From Cetorhinus maximus (Eukaryota), in assembly GCF_964194155.1 (NCBI RefSeq), contig NC_135916.1:1364001-1428000 (forward strand): a stretch of DNA of 64,000 nt, written 5' to 3'. The notes beneath the pieces are model-generated. The model saw only the letters and a list, made by a program, of their open reading frames with translations, did no database searches and was not told the origin of the DNA. Positions within the stretch are counted from its first letter, which is position 1. Each line of letters begins with the position of its first letter. Position numbers and translations under genes: made by a program. Below are positions 14,134-28,318 of the stretch, in pieces.

Positions 14134-14550
14134 TGTGTTTGTGTGTCCGTTCTGATCAGGACATTTCCGAGTCCCGCTTAGGTAAAATAAAAATATTTTC
14201 CAAAGAAATACACCCCCTGCTCCCCAGCTTGACGCCAAAGTGAGATTTCAAGACAACTTATTTGTTGTTTTCTAGATTTCAGTCTAAAAGTAGAGGAGAT
14301 GTCAGTGATCGGGTGAAGGAGCCGCAGTTAATAGGATTTAAATCGAAATTGGAGTCTTCAATTCGAGTGAAATATTTTCGACAGCGAACATTACAATGTC
14401 AGAGATAAGAAGGATTTAGTCTGGGACACTGCAGAGCCGGAATTTCAATGGAATTGGTGAGTTTGTGAGGAGAGAAAAACACAGAGAGGCAGCAGCAGCC
14501 TGGAGCTGACAGCAGCCTGTCTCCGCCCCGTCCGCTCGCTGCCTTTAAGT
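14134..14550 (+). promoter_or_regulatory. H1 promoter (TG box, H1/AC box, GC box)
   Basis: TGTGTTT 14134-14140, AAACACA 14477-14483, CCGCCCC near 14523, TTTAAG near 14544. Confidence 0.7.
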
Positions 14551-14629
14551 TGCTCAGTGCCGCCACCAGCGGCTTCATTTCTCAGCCCGTTCAGATTGAC
14601 AGAGACACTTTTGTGCAGAGTCCCGGAAC

Positions 14630-15286
14630 ATGACCGATACTGCAGCCGCCGAAACGGCTCCTCCAGCCGCTCCCGCCGCCCAGGTCAAGACTCCCAGGAA
14701 GAAGAAGAAGGCGGCTCCCCGGAGCAGTGCAGCCGGTCCCAAGCTGGGCGAGCAGATCCTCAAGGTGGTGGCGGATTGCAGCGATCGCAAGGGGATGTCG
14801 CTGCCCGCGATCAAGAAGGCGCTGCGCGGCAATGGGGTGGATGTGGAGAAACTCGGCTCCCAGATCAAGCAAAGCATCAAGAGGAATGTGAAGAATGGCT
14901 TCCTGGTTCAGGTCAAGGGCACGGGCGCCTCGGGCTCCTTCAAAGTCCCTAAGAACACAACCCCAGGGAAAGTGGGAAAGAAGGCGAAGGCAGCAGCTGG
15001 CAAGAAATCTCCAGTGAAGAAAGCGGCAGCCAAGAAGGTGACAGCAAAGAAAGCAGCGGCCAAGAAGACTCCAGTCAAGAAAGCAGCGGCCAAGAAATCC
15101 CCAGCGAAGAAGGCAGCGGCCAAGAAATCCCCAGCGAAGAAAGCAGCGGCCAAGAAAACAGCCAAGAAGGCGGCAATTCCAAAAAAGCCGGTGAAGAAAG
15201 CAGCTCCCAAGAAAAAGTCTCCGGCCAAGAAGTTGACGGGCGTCAAAAAAGTGGCGATAGGGAGGGCCAAGCCCAAAACGAGATAA
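14630..15286 (+). CDS. H1: linker histone H1
   Basis: 218 aa; globular domain ending LVQVKGTGASGSFK; Lys/Ala/Pro-rich tail with S/TPxK motifs. Confidence 0.97.
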   Translation: MTDTAAAETAPPAAPAAQVKTPRKKKKAAPRSSAAGPKLGEQILKVVADCSDRKGMSLPAIKKALRGNGVDVEKLGSQIKQSIKRNVKNGFLVQVKGTGASGSFKVPKNTTPGKVGKKAKAAAGKKSPVKKAAAKKVTAKKAAAKKTPVKKAAAKKSPAKKAAAKKSPAKKAAAKKTAKKAAIPKKPVKKAAPKKKSPAKKLTGVKKVAIGRAKPKTR

Positions 15287-15343
15287 GCAAAGACAGAAAA
15301 GAAGGGAAATATCCCGAGCAAATTGTAAACCTCTAAACCCAAA

Positions 15344-15384
15344 GGCTCTTTTCAGAGCCACCCACATTTCACATGAAAGAGCTG
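15344..15384 (+). terminator. histone 3' stem-loop + HDE (H1)
   Basis: GGCTCT-TTTC-AGAGCC ACCCA ... GAAAGAGCTG. Confidence 0.95.
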
Positions 15385-16144
15385 ATCCCCTGATCATTTG
15401 ATCCCTGTCTCCGCGCCGTGAGCTGATTTCAGGTGGAAATGTTTTATTTTCCTGTAAATCCAGTATTCCCGCTGAATCACTGAAATGCGCTTCACCCGCA
15501 CTTCCACTCCCTCCCCCAACTCCGACTCTCATTCCTGCAATAACAGACATCGATATCCTTTCCGATTAGTATCCGGGGTGTGTCCGAGAGCAGTTAATGT
15601 TTATCTTCCTTTCTTTATTCAAATATTCAGGGTGGGAGTCTGCAATAGAGAAACCAGGTGTAAAGGAAACTCCTCACAGCTGACACCCAAAACCCATTAT
15701 TTTCTCTCATTCGGTTGGGAGATGTTGGCAAAATTCCCAATCACCCTGGGAGGGGAGTTGTGGGTGGGGATGGAATTGGAGCTGGGGTTGAAATCGAAGC
15801 AGAATTTGACTCGGATAGAAAGTTCAGTATTGAGACGGAAATGATACGGACAAGACGATGTTTAATCGATTCGAGTTGCTAATTAGCTGCTTCATGATAT
15901 TCAAGTGTGTAAGTTCTGTTCAAAAGACTCTGTTCACTTCCCTTTAGAATTTGACAAATACAATTCTGTTTCTGGCAGGCAGGAGGAGGAGCTGGTTTAC
16001 CAAAGAGGTTGTTCTGTCTGTCACTCAGTCTCTCCCGCCCCGCCTCTCTCTCTCTGTCTCTCCCTTCCTCAGTCAGGTCGGGGCGGGCTGTATAAAAGCA
16101 GAACGTGAAGCAGCTCCCCACTCATTCAGCAGCGATTTGACTGA

Positions 16145-16465
<321 letters not shown>

Positions 16466-16498
16466 ACAAATCGACCCGACTCTATAACAAAACCCAAA

Positions 16499-16540
16499 GG
16501 CTCTTCTAAGAGCCGCCCACAACCTCACATTGAGAGCAGT
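16499..16540 (+). terminator. histone 3' stem-loop + HDE (H4)
   Basis: GGCTCTTCTAAGAGCC. Confidence 0.92.
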
Positions 16541-17559
16541 GACTTCTGAAGGGGGAGAGGGGAAAATAAATCTTTGTATTTTTTTATTAAGAGGCACTGC
16601 TTTGCCACCAATGCATCCTCTTTTCACAATACCATCGTGAGTCCCAAAAATGCCTTGGTTTTATTTAGATCAGTTTTCACGAATTACCGATCTTCCTACC
16701 CGAGGACCACGGCTGCACCCAATGTAATGTCGAATTTCATCAGGAGAAACTATTCTCAAACCTTGTATTCCCCCTTCGTCGCTCTAACTTTATTTTTTTT
16801 TCCATCGGTTTCTATTTCTGGGTCTTTGACGCATGACAGGACCTGGGAGGTACCAGCTTTATACGGATCAGCCTGTATCGATGCAGCATGTTGTCTGAAC
16901 AGAGCTTTATTCTGGCCTCCCTCTGAACAATCAGAAAAATAATCCGAATTCAAGACGGGTTATAAGGCAGACATTGACTGGCTCTTGCTGCCGATTCTAT
17001 TCAGATCAGATTTTACAGCCGGCATGAATCAGACCAATATCGATTTACAGACATGAAAAATAAAACTACCCTTAATCACCTCTATTCTGCAACACGGGCC
17101 GAACAGAAGGTTTGAACAGATAGCTGTTTGATGGCCGCCCAGGACACGATGGACTGTTTCTATGTTGTACAACTTTATGACTGTATCAGAAGGGAAAACT
17201 CTGCTTTTGGCGCTCGGTTTGGACTATACTAAACAGGCATTTCGGAATAATTGTGGAAGAGAGTTTGAATGAAAGTGGGGTATTGGATAAATCCATTAAA
17301 TTGTGGTCCGACGGGCAACGGCACATGGTTGTGATGTACTGTCAAAGGCCAAATGTTATTCACACCCAACACATAATGAAGCCGGAATGAGAGAGGGATG
17401 CAGTTTCCGCCAGTTCATTTTACCTAATACAATAATAAGAACATAATCGTTCATCAATGTAAATTTCGACAGATACACGGTTTAAATAAACGGTCTGCAA
17501 GCCCCCCTCCCCCATAAAGACCCCACGGCGCATCCATTCACCAGCAGAAACAGGAATCA

Positions 17560-17955
17560 CACCATTTTCTCTTGAACATCTATAGCGCGTTGACATGAAT
17601 AAACCCAGTCAGTTGATGAGGTTGATGTGTGAGGGCCAAAATTTCCCCCATCAATAGGAGTTTTATTCCAGCCTGTTGCAAACCGATCAGGGAATGAATG
17701 AGAATTTAATCCGAGTTCCAAACCAGGAAGTCGGAGCTGGGACCGAATTGGGGCTCTCAAACATCGAGATTTTATGATATTTCTACTTTGAGATTGATTT
17801 TATCTGCCTTCAAACTAGGTTTATTTTAATGTCAGTTACTCGTCCCTCTGAAATTGGCGGGCATTTTGAAATTGATGAACTGTCAGTTTCTGCTCCACCA
17901 ATCAGGGCCCAGAAATCCATGCAGCCCGCTGCTCTTTTCAAATTTCTCGGCGGAT
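17560..17955 (+). pseudogene. truncated H3 upstream/promoter region with no CDS
   Basis: Matches about 2050-2430 and breaks at TTCTCGGCGG. Confidence 0.8.
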
Positions 17956-17965
17956 TTCCTTCTTA

Positions 17966-18449
17966 TAAATCCTTCTTATCTCTAACACTGTAATGTTCGC
18001 TGTCGACAATATTTCACGCGAATTGAAGACTCCCACTTCGATTTAAACCTGATTTACAGCGGCTCCTTCACCCGATCGCTGACATGACCTCTACTTTTAG
18101 ACCGAAATCTTGAAAACAACAAAGAAATTGTCTTGAAATCTCACTTTGGGGTTAAGCTGGGGAGCAGGGGGTGTATTTCTTTGGAAAATATTTTAACCTT
18201 ACCCAAGCGGGGCTCGGAAATTTCCTGATCAGAGCGGACACACAAACACAGTTTCATTCCTCTGACTCGCCCGCCCACTTCAAACACTCTCTTACACAAT
18301 GTTCACATTTAGATGTTCATTGGCAACAAGATGAACAATTGTGAATGTCTCGGTAGAGATTTCGTTCTCTTTTCGATCTTTGCTCCGATTTCTATTTATT
18401 TGCTGTCGATTGTGAATTCAGCTAACTTTAAATACTCTGAGGCATTGGA
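17966..18449 (-). other. inverted copy of the H1 upstream region
   Basis: Reverse complement of about 13935-14418. Confidence 0.85.
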
Positions 18450-18534
18450 AGAAGGGTAAGATCCCGAGCAAATTGTAAACCTCTGAACCCAAAGGCTCTT
18501 TTCAGAGCCACCCACATTTCACATGAAAGAACTG
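18450..18534 (+). pseudogene. orphan H1 3' UTR with stem-loop + HDE
   Basis: Matches 15300-15384; stem-loop 18494-18509; no H1 CDS upstream. Confidence 0.88.
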
Positions 18535-19318
18535 ATCCCCTGATCATTTGATCCCTGTCTCCGCGCTGGGAGCAGTTTTTAGATGGAAATGTTTCTTTAT
18601 CCTTCCACGTAAATCCTATTTTCCCGCTCACTCACTGACACACTCTCCACCCGTCCCCTCCCGCACTGTGCAATAAGACACAGGAATATCCTTACAGCCC
18701 CATATCCGGGATGTGTCCCAGTGCATTCAATGTTTATCTTTTCTTTATTCACATTTGCAGGGTGAGAGTCTGCAATGGAGTGAGCATCGCTCAAAATTCC
18801 GCCTCACAACTAAGGCCCATACCTGTTGTTGCTCTCATTCTGTTGGAAGAGAGGTTAGGGAATTTCTCAATCCCTTTATTTCATTGTGGAGAGGACGGGT
18901 CGGGGGCGAGTCTAGAGTTGTGTTGGTATAGAATAGGAGAGGGTTTGAAATAGACGTAAACATTTGACGCTTAATAGAATTGCAGTATCGAGGGGGGGAT
19001 ATTACTGAGAGGATTGGATTTAATAAATTCGATTTTCGAGCTAGCTGGTTAATGATGTTGAAGTATTTCAGTTACGTTTAAAGCTCTTTGTTCAATTCTC
19101 TTCAGAATTTGATAAATAAATGTATTTCGGGCAGGCAGGAGGAAGAGCTGGTTTAACAAAGAGGTTGTTCTGTCTGTCACTCAGTCTCTCCCGCCCCGCC
19201 TTTCACACACACACTCTCTCTCTCTCTCTCACTCTCCCTTCCTCAGTCAGGTCGGGGCGGGCTGTATAAAAGCGGAACCTGAAGCCGCTCCCCACTCATT
19301 CAGCAGCGATTTGACTGA

Positions 19319-19639
<321 letters not shown>

Positions 19640-19672
19640 ACAAATCGACCCGACCCTATAACAAAATCCAAA

Positions 19673-19714
19673 GGCTCTTCTAAGAGCCGCCCACAACCTC
19701 ACATTGAGAGCAGT
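19673..19714 (+). terminator. histone 3' stem-loop + HDE (H4)
   Basis: GGCTCTTCTAAGAGCC. Confidence 0.92.
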
Positions 19715-20948
19715 GACTTCAGAGCGGGAGAGGGAAAGCGAGATGTAGTTTTATATAAACACAGCGTTTCCATCTGCTCATTTTCTATTCACAAAACTAT
19801 CGTGAGTCACACAAGGTTTCATGGTTTAATTTAGTTCTGTTTTCAGAAATTCACTTCCTTTCTAACTCTCGAAGCTCGACTCCAAGCTTAGCTGACAGCT
19901 CCCAAACTAACTCCGAGTCCACAAGATAAAGGCCATCATTTATTACACTTTGATCAGGAGTAACTATTTTGAGACCCATCATTCTCGCTTCATCGCCCCA
20001 TTATCACCCTGTCTTTTTTCTTCGCCATCTGTTCCTGGGTCGTTGAGACATGACAGGGTCTGGGAGGTACCAGTATACCAGCTTTATATGGATCAGCCTG
20101 TATCCATGCTGCATGTTGTCTGGTTCCTGGGAGCACTGAACAGATTTATTCAGGCGATCAATGAAATAACCCGAATTTAAACGGGAATGTAAGGCGAATA
20201 TTGAGAGGCTGATTGAAAAATGTGACTACACTTAATCACCTCGATTTCGCATCCCAGGACGGTCGGAAGGGTGAAGTGGAAGCTCTGATTTTGCTGCATG
20301 GTTTGCACTGCGAAGATGCATTTACGCACATTGTGGAAGATAGTTCAAATATAAAAACTTAGAGGTAAACATTGTTTACATAAAGGGTGCGCAATCCGCC
20401 CACCCACATCGCCTCCCCCACCCATAAAACACTAGAAACAAGAGCCAAGCCATTCTCTCTATAACATTAATAGAGCTATAAACCGATACGGCTGATCAGT
20501 TTTATATGTGAGACACAAAATTTCGCCCATCATTAGGTGCATCATGAAGGGAAGATGTGTTTGGTGGTGGCATCATGCTGGAGTTGGCGGAAATGGCGGG
20601 GGAATGATGCCTCCGGCCAGCAATCGATCAGGGGATGAAAGAATTTAATCTGCGTTCAAAAGCAGGAAGTCGGAGCTGTTACCGAAATGGGGCTCGCAAA
20701 CATTGAGACCTTGTGATATTTGTCGCCTTGATATTTATTTGAACTGCCTTCAAACTAGGTTTCTTTTAATTTCAGTTACTCGTCCCTCTGAAATTGGCGG
20801 GCATTTTGAAATTGATGAACTGTCAGTTTCTGCTCCACCAATCAGGGCCCAGAAATCCATACAGCCCGCTGCTCTTTTCAAATTTCTCGGCGGGATTGCG
20901 CTGCATCCAATCAGGACAGGAGGGAGGTGACGGACATGTCTTAAATAG

Positions 20949-21416
<468 letters not shown>

Positions 21417-21458
21417 ACTCACCCTACCCGACTCTAGACTTACCCCGAGAACCACAAA

Positions 21459-21499
21459 GGCTCTTTTAAGAGCCACCAAGTCGGTCAGAGAAAGAGCTG
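21459..21499 (+). terminator. histone 3' stem-loop + HDE (H3)
   Basis: GGCTCTTTTAAGAGCC ... AAAGAGCTG. Confidence 0.95.
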
Positions 21500-22230
21500 C
21501 GATCTCTTAACCACCAGCACTTTAGCCTCTTTGGCCTACAAATTATTTTCCTCACTTTGTCACCGGGTAACTGTCCTTTGCTTCCTTTACTCGGTGTTTG
21601 GGATGAATTGAGATCATTTAAAAGGCAAATATTTTAATAATAAGGGAAGTTTTTCGCGAATTCTTGAGACTGGATTTAAATAGTTGCAGCACATACTACT
21701 GATGTCTGTAACATGTAACAGTGCTAGCAGGATGCGTCTCACTCTAACCCACCCTTTCACAGATATCATCAGGAATGTTGTCATTACGAAGCGATAGGGA
21801 TGTTCACACATGTACTAAAACCCGGATTCAGCTCCAAATGCACCAAAGAGCCACTAAGTCGGTCAGAGAAAGAGCTGCGATCTCTTGTTAAACAATCTAG
21901 CTCCTAAAACCCTCGGGCCTACAATTTATTTAAGTCCTTTAGTTAATCCGGTCTCTCCCTCTGCTGCATTTGGGGATATGGGGTGATTCCATTTATAGTT
22001 GTTTAGCAATTCACGTCATTGAATTAGAGATGGGATGAGTTAATTATTCAATGAACGTTTCCCTGAACATTGTCAATTGGTCATATATAGATGCAGCACA
22101 GACTCCTGATTTCTGGAAAAAGGCAACAGCACCAGCGTCTCGTTGTAACCAGCACTTTCACAGATCGCATTAGAAATATGTCATTCCGAATCGATAGGGA
22201 TGTTATCGCGCATACGGATAGACAACAGGT

Positions 22231-22271
22231 CGCCCTTTTCACTGATCAAGTGAGTGGCTCTGAAAAGAGCC
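22231..22271 (-). terminator. histone 3' stem-loop + HDE (H2A)
   Basis: Minus strand GGCTCTTTTCAGAGCC at 22256-22271. Confidence 0.93.
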
Positions 22272-22301
22272 TTTGGGTTCTCAGTTTAAAGAATGGTCGC
22301 T

Positions 22302-22745
<444 letters not shown>

Positions 22746-23419
22746 TCAGTTCTCTTATACCCTCAGGAGGAATGGTGGTGCGCTCAGAGCTGATTGGTCA
22801 ATTATATTATAGCTCATAATATTCTTCATGTTACCAATCAGATTTCTGCCTGATTCACCGATGCGGGCAAGCAACGTATGAAGTCGGAAGTTAAGGGCGC
22901 CAAATCATCAGTTAAACAAACGATTATATATTTCAAATTTGAAATGACCGCCAAAAAATTAATCCAAGGAAATATCGCACAGAAATCGTTTTAGCTAAAC
23001 AAAGGAAAATTCCTTTACAAATCGTCCTAATGCTTAACATTAAAGCAGTTCTGTTACAGAATGTTAGAAGCTTTCTTGCTCTCTTTTCCTCGATAACAGT
23101 TTACCCGAAACTGTAGGTTTCTGGTTTTGCCTGTGGACAAGAGGACAATAAAGGCGCCAATATTCCAGAATCCAAACTTTTGTTTTATACAATTTCGTGA
23201 GTGTGAAGAGCGGATTGCACATTTTTTGGTGCAAATTTGCCGGTATTGAAACTGAGGCTTCCTACACCGCCAGGACTTATACGGAATGAATTGATCAAAT
23301 CAACTCTTATAATGCTGGGGAGGGATAGCATCATTGAGGGGTCAAAGATAGACTCTGTTTGATTACATTTATGCAACAAGGCAGGGTCTATTCTGAAGCA
23401 GCAAGCATACGTTGTATTC

Positions 23420-24093
23420 ACAGTTTTGGTCCCGTCGCTTGAGGAAGGATGTAACTCTTTCGAGTACAATCACAGTTCTTGGTTTCCGGGAGTGGGACAT
23501 GAACCCACAACCCTCTGATTCAAAGGCGAGGGTGCTATTAACTGAGCCACAGCTGACACCTTGAGGAAGGCTGTAGTTGCACTGGAGGCGGTTCGGAGGA
23601 TGTTCACTAGATTGATTCCAGAGATGCGAGGCTAGTCTAATGATGAGAGATTGAGCAGTTTAGGCCTATAGTCGCCCGAGTTTGGAAGGATGATAGGAGA
23701 TCTAATTGAGGTATATAAGATGCTAAATGGGATAGACAAAGTCGACATGGAGCGAATGTTTTCCCTCGTGGGGCATTCTAGAACGAAAGGCCATAGTTTT
23801 TGGCTAAGGGGTGGTAGATTACAATCAGAGATTAGGAGGAATTCCTGTTTTCAAAGGGCCATGAACCTGTGGAATTCACTACCTCAGAGTGCAATGGATG
23901 CCGGGGCGCTGAATAAATTTAAGGGTGAGGTGGACAGATTTTTTAATTAGTAACGGGTTGAAAGGTTATGGGGAGAGGGCTGGAAATTGTCGTTGAGGCC
24001 AAAATGAGATCAGCCATGATCGTAATGAATGGCAGAGCAGGATCGAGGGGTTTAATTGCCTACTCCTGTTCCTTGTTCTTATGTTTTTTATGT
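23420..24093 (+). mobile_element. 5'-truncated CR1 LINE 3' end
   Basis: GDLIEVYK and NLWNSLP motifs, TTCTTATG-type tail, flanking TGTATTC repeat; absent at the paralogous site near 4955. Confidence 0.9.
23483..23560 (-). mobile_element. tRNA-derived SINE head nested in CR1
   Basis: A-box TGGCTCAGTT, B-box-like GGTTCATGTCC; flanked by a TTGAGGAAGG(A/C)TGTA direct repeat. Confidence 0.7.
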
Positions 24094-24519
24094 ATTCCAG
24101 ACAAAAAATAACAATTCTCTGCAGGCTATGTGATTCTGGGGTTAAGCCTACCCATCATTATCTGGTATTTAAATGTAGCTTTCATTCACTGACACTCTTT
24201 GGTCAATAATATTGTGTTTTTCTCACTAAATTGAAAACACCGAAATATGTTTCTGTTTTTGTTTTTATCTCTGCAACATTCAGTTTTAAGTCAGTGTGGA
24301 TTTTACCTGGTGCATGAAAATCCCTGGACATTATTTTATATTTCAGTCGACATATGTTGCTGCTAATATCAGAGTATGTTTCTATTGTCATTTTATTCCC
24401 CACGTTATCTGTTAAATCATTCTATGGGTGCATGGAATACTTGTTTCTTCATGATATATAAATGTGAACTTTAATCTGTAATGGCTATTATTCCAAACAA
24501 AATTAGGGAAAAACAATGA

Positions 24520-25442
24520 ATGACAGACCGATTGTCTATTATGTCATAACAGGACACTTAGACAATATCAACGAAATTGGACAAAGACTGCATGCAGTTG
24601 TGAAAGGAAATCATCTTGGACAATCCTATTGGAACTTTTTTGGAGAGGTAACTAGCAAAATAGACAAGGGAGAATCAAATGATATGGTGTATTTGGATTT
24701 TCAGAAAGCTGTTGATAAAGGCCCACAAAAGAGGTTTGTGTACTACATTGAAGTGCATTGGATGGGGGTAATATATGGGCATGGATTGAGAAAAGATTAG
24801 CAAACAGGAAACAGAGAGCAGGAATAAGTCAGTCTTTTTGAGAATGGCAGGAGGTGACAAGTGATGTAGAAAAGATATCAGTGCCTGGGCCCCAGTATTC
24901 AAAATATTCCACAATTATTTTGATGAAGGAACCAAAGGTAATATTTCGAAGATTGCTGATGACACAAAGCTAGGAGGGAATGTGAGAGATGAGGAGGAAA
25001 TTAAGAGTGTTCATGGAGATTGAGAGAAGATGAGAGAGTGGACAGAAACAGGGCAGACGCTGTATAACGTGGATAGATGTGAATTTACCCACGTTGGCAG
25101 GTAAAAAACAATGGCAGAGTTTATTTAAGTAGTGATAGGTTGGGTAATTTTGATATATGAGGGTACCTCCGTGCAGCAAATGATGACCAGGCTGATTCTT
25201 GGGCTGGCAGGGTTGTTGCATGAGGAGAGATTGAAAAGTTTTGGTCTGTATTCACTCAAATTTTGTAGAATGAAAGGGAGATGTAGTTGAAATACTGACA
25301 GGGCTGTACAGACCTGGTGCAGGGATGATGTTTCCTCTGAGTGGGAAGTCTAGAACAAGTGTTCATAATCTCTGGATAGGGGGTAGGCCATTTAGGACTG
25401 TGATGAGCAGAAACATCTTCACTCGGAGGGTGGTGAACATGT
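24520..25442 (+). mobile_element. decayed CR1 RT fragment (paralogue of 5370-6357)
   Basis: VYLDFQKA and IADDTK motifs. Confidence 0.88.
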
Positions 25443-26239
25443 GATCAAGCTGCATTCATTTTGTTACCTCGAGTATCTTGTATTATATGTGAATGAATAT
25501 ATTTTCCCCTCTGTGTATCAATGAGTATCTGTGATATTTGCATGAGTTGGATTAACTCTATATCTAATATATTACGCTATCCACAAAAGTGGGATTTCAT
25601 TTGAATGTCTCAACATCTGGAATTAGATGTGAAGTTCAAGTTGTTATTCATATAGTCAATCAGTTTCTGTGATTCTGAATGTGACTGTGACTCAGTACTT
25701 GTCAGGTTCTGGTAAGTGATTGCTAGTGTTAGCCTGCCGACTTGATTAATGCATTGAAGAAATAGTTTTCACAAACATGCAAGGGATAAAAGTTAGGTAA
25801 AGACAAAACCTACACATGTACAATAATGGATTCATATACACAGAGCACAAATTTGAGATACACAATCAGTACAATAATTGAGATTTATGGAATTAATTCC
25901 AACACAGCTGACGGTCAGGAGGTAGACAATTAAATTTGATGTAAATAAATTCCAAAACTACATTCTGTATCAGAGAAAGACAAATGGGAAATTAGCCCTG
26001 CACACTCCCACACAAACACTCAAACACCCGGATAATCATGCACTAACACACACAGACACACACGCAAAGCATGTGTGGCTGTTTTCTCAGAGACATTGCC
26101 CTGACTGTCACTCAGGCTGTTTCGCCCCGCCTCTCACTCTCTCTCTATCTCTCTCTCCCTTTCTCAGTCAGGTCGGGGCGGGCTGTATAAAAGCGGAACG
26201 TGAAGCAGCTCCCAACTCATTCAGCAGCGATTTGACTGA

Positions 26240-26560
<321 letters not shown>

Positions 26561-26593
26561 ACAAATCGACCCGACTCTATAACAAAACCCAAA

Positions 26594-26635
26594 GGCTCTT
26601 CTAAGAGCCGCCCACAACCTCACATTGAGAGCATT
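26594..26635 (+). terminator. histone 3' stem-loop + HDE (H4)
   Basis: GGCTCTTCTAAGAGCC. Confidence 0.92.
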
Positions 26636-27569
26636 GACCTCAGAGCGGGAGAGGGAAAGCGAGATGTAGTTTTATATAAACACAGCGTTTCCATCTGCTC
26701 ATTCTCCATTCACAAAACTATCGTGAGTCACACAAGGTTTCATGGTTTAATTTTGTTCGGTTTTCGGGAATTCACTTCCTTTCTACCTCTCGAAGCTCAA
26801 CTCCAAGCTTAGCTGACAGCTCCCAAACTAACACCCAGTCCACAAGATAAAGGCCATCATTTATTATACTTTGAACAGGAGGAGCTATTTTGAGACACAA
26901 CATTCTCGCTTCTTCGCACTATTTTCACCCTGTCTTTTTTTCATTACAAACTGAATCAAACAGATATGACATACATAACATGAGTTCCTGAGTCTCATTC
27001 ACAAAGACTTTGGCGGAGTTGCAGTCTGAAGGCTGCACCTTAGTTCACACAAAACCAATGAATGAAACCTGTCTTTGATAAATGCAAAGTTTCATGTTTA
27101 AATGTGCATCAGAGCCGGGAAACAGTAATGGTTTAATTTCTTGCAGAAAATCGCCGTTAAAGTGAACACAGTTCCGAACGATTAAAAGATAGGCCTCCCT
27201 TATTGTACTATATCATATTTAATTGCAAGTCCCACACTCGCTTTTAAAGTCAGGAATCCATTCGTGTTTAAACTCAGACCTTTTTGCAGTCCTAACAGCC
27301 GGCGGAAATTCACGTTTACCGAGTGCTGCGGTTAAGCAATATCGGCCTGGATGTACAAGTGTGATATTATTTTAAAATAATAAAATTATATTATAATATT
27401 GTATCCAGATTGCAGGTTATTAATTCACTCCAGTTTGAAGTGGTTCCGAATGAGTATTTATCTTGTTGCACGACTCGTGTTCGGTCTGCAGATGGAGCCA
27501 GGTCACAATAACTTGCACCTTATCGATTATGAACTCATCGCCCTCCATACTGATCGGAACAAGCTGTTA

Positions 27570-28284
27570 TATTCTGCACTTGCTGTTTTCTGCAATGGAA
27601 TAGTGACTTTAGCTCTGAACCTCTCCGTCACTGCAATTCATTTATGCATTTTATTCTATAGCTGTCAGGGCCTGGAAGTGACTGTGAGGTGGACTTTGCT
27701 TCTGCTGCCATCAGTTTTTGACAAGCTGCAAAAATGTCAGCTTCATTCCATGTGTATCAGTCTCTGGTGCTACACACGAAAGGTGTTACCCTTCAGCATC
27801 TGTCAGTTTGTGGTACTGTGTATGACTGCAGGATTAATACTCTAAATGTCATTTTTGTCAACCTTTCGTTGAAGAATTCATTTCGATTCACAATTTTCCT
27901 TTTAGGATTGTGAAATTGTGTATTTCATTATGTCCTGTCGCTATCCGTGTACTGGGATCGAGTTAATTTTGCACTAAGCAGTACTCTTGTATTATAGGTG
28001 GATTTAATTGTAGCTCTGTGTATCGCCAAGTATCTCTTATGGATTAAGAGATTAATTCTATGCCCTGGTGCAATCAGTGAGAGTGAATTCCATCTGAATC
28101 TGTCAATATCTGGAAATAAATGTGTGGTTCAAAGAGATACTGATTGATTCAACAACTTTGAGTGAGAGTTGTTTTGTGTTCGTCAATCTGTGGCATGTTA
28201 TGTGACTGTGGGTTTCCTCTGTGTCTTTTTGACTGTTTTTCCTTTTTTTGTCGTGTGTCTGTGTGCTTGTTTGTGTTTGTGCGT

Positions 28285-28318
<34 letters not shown>

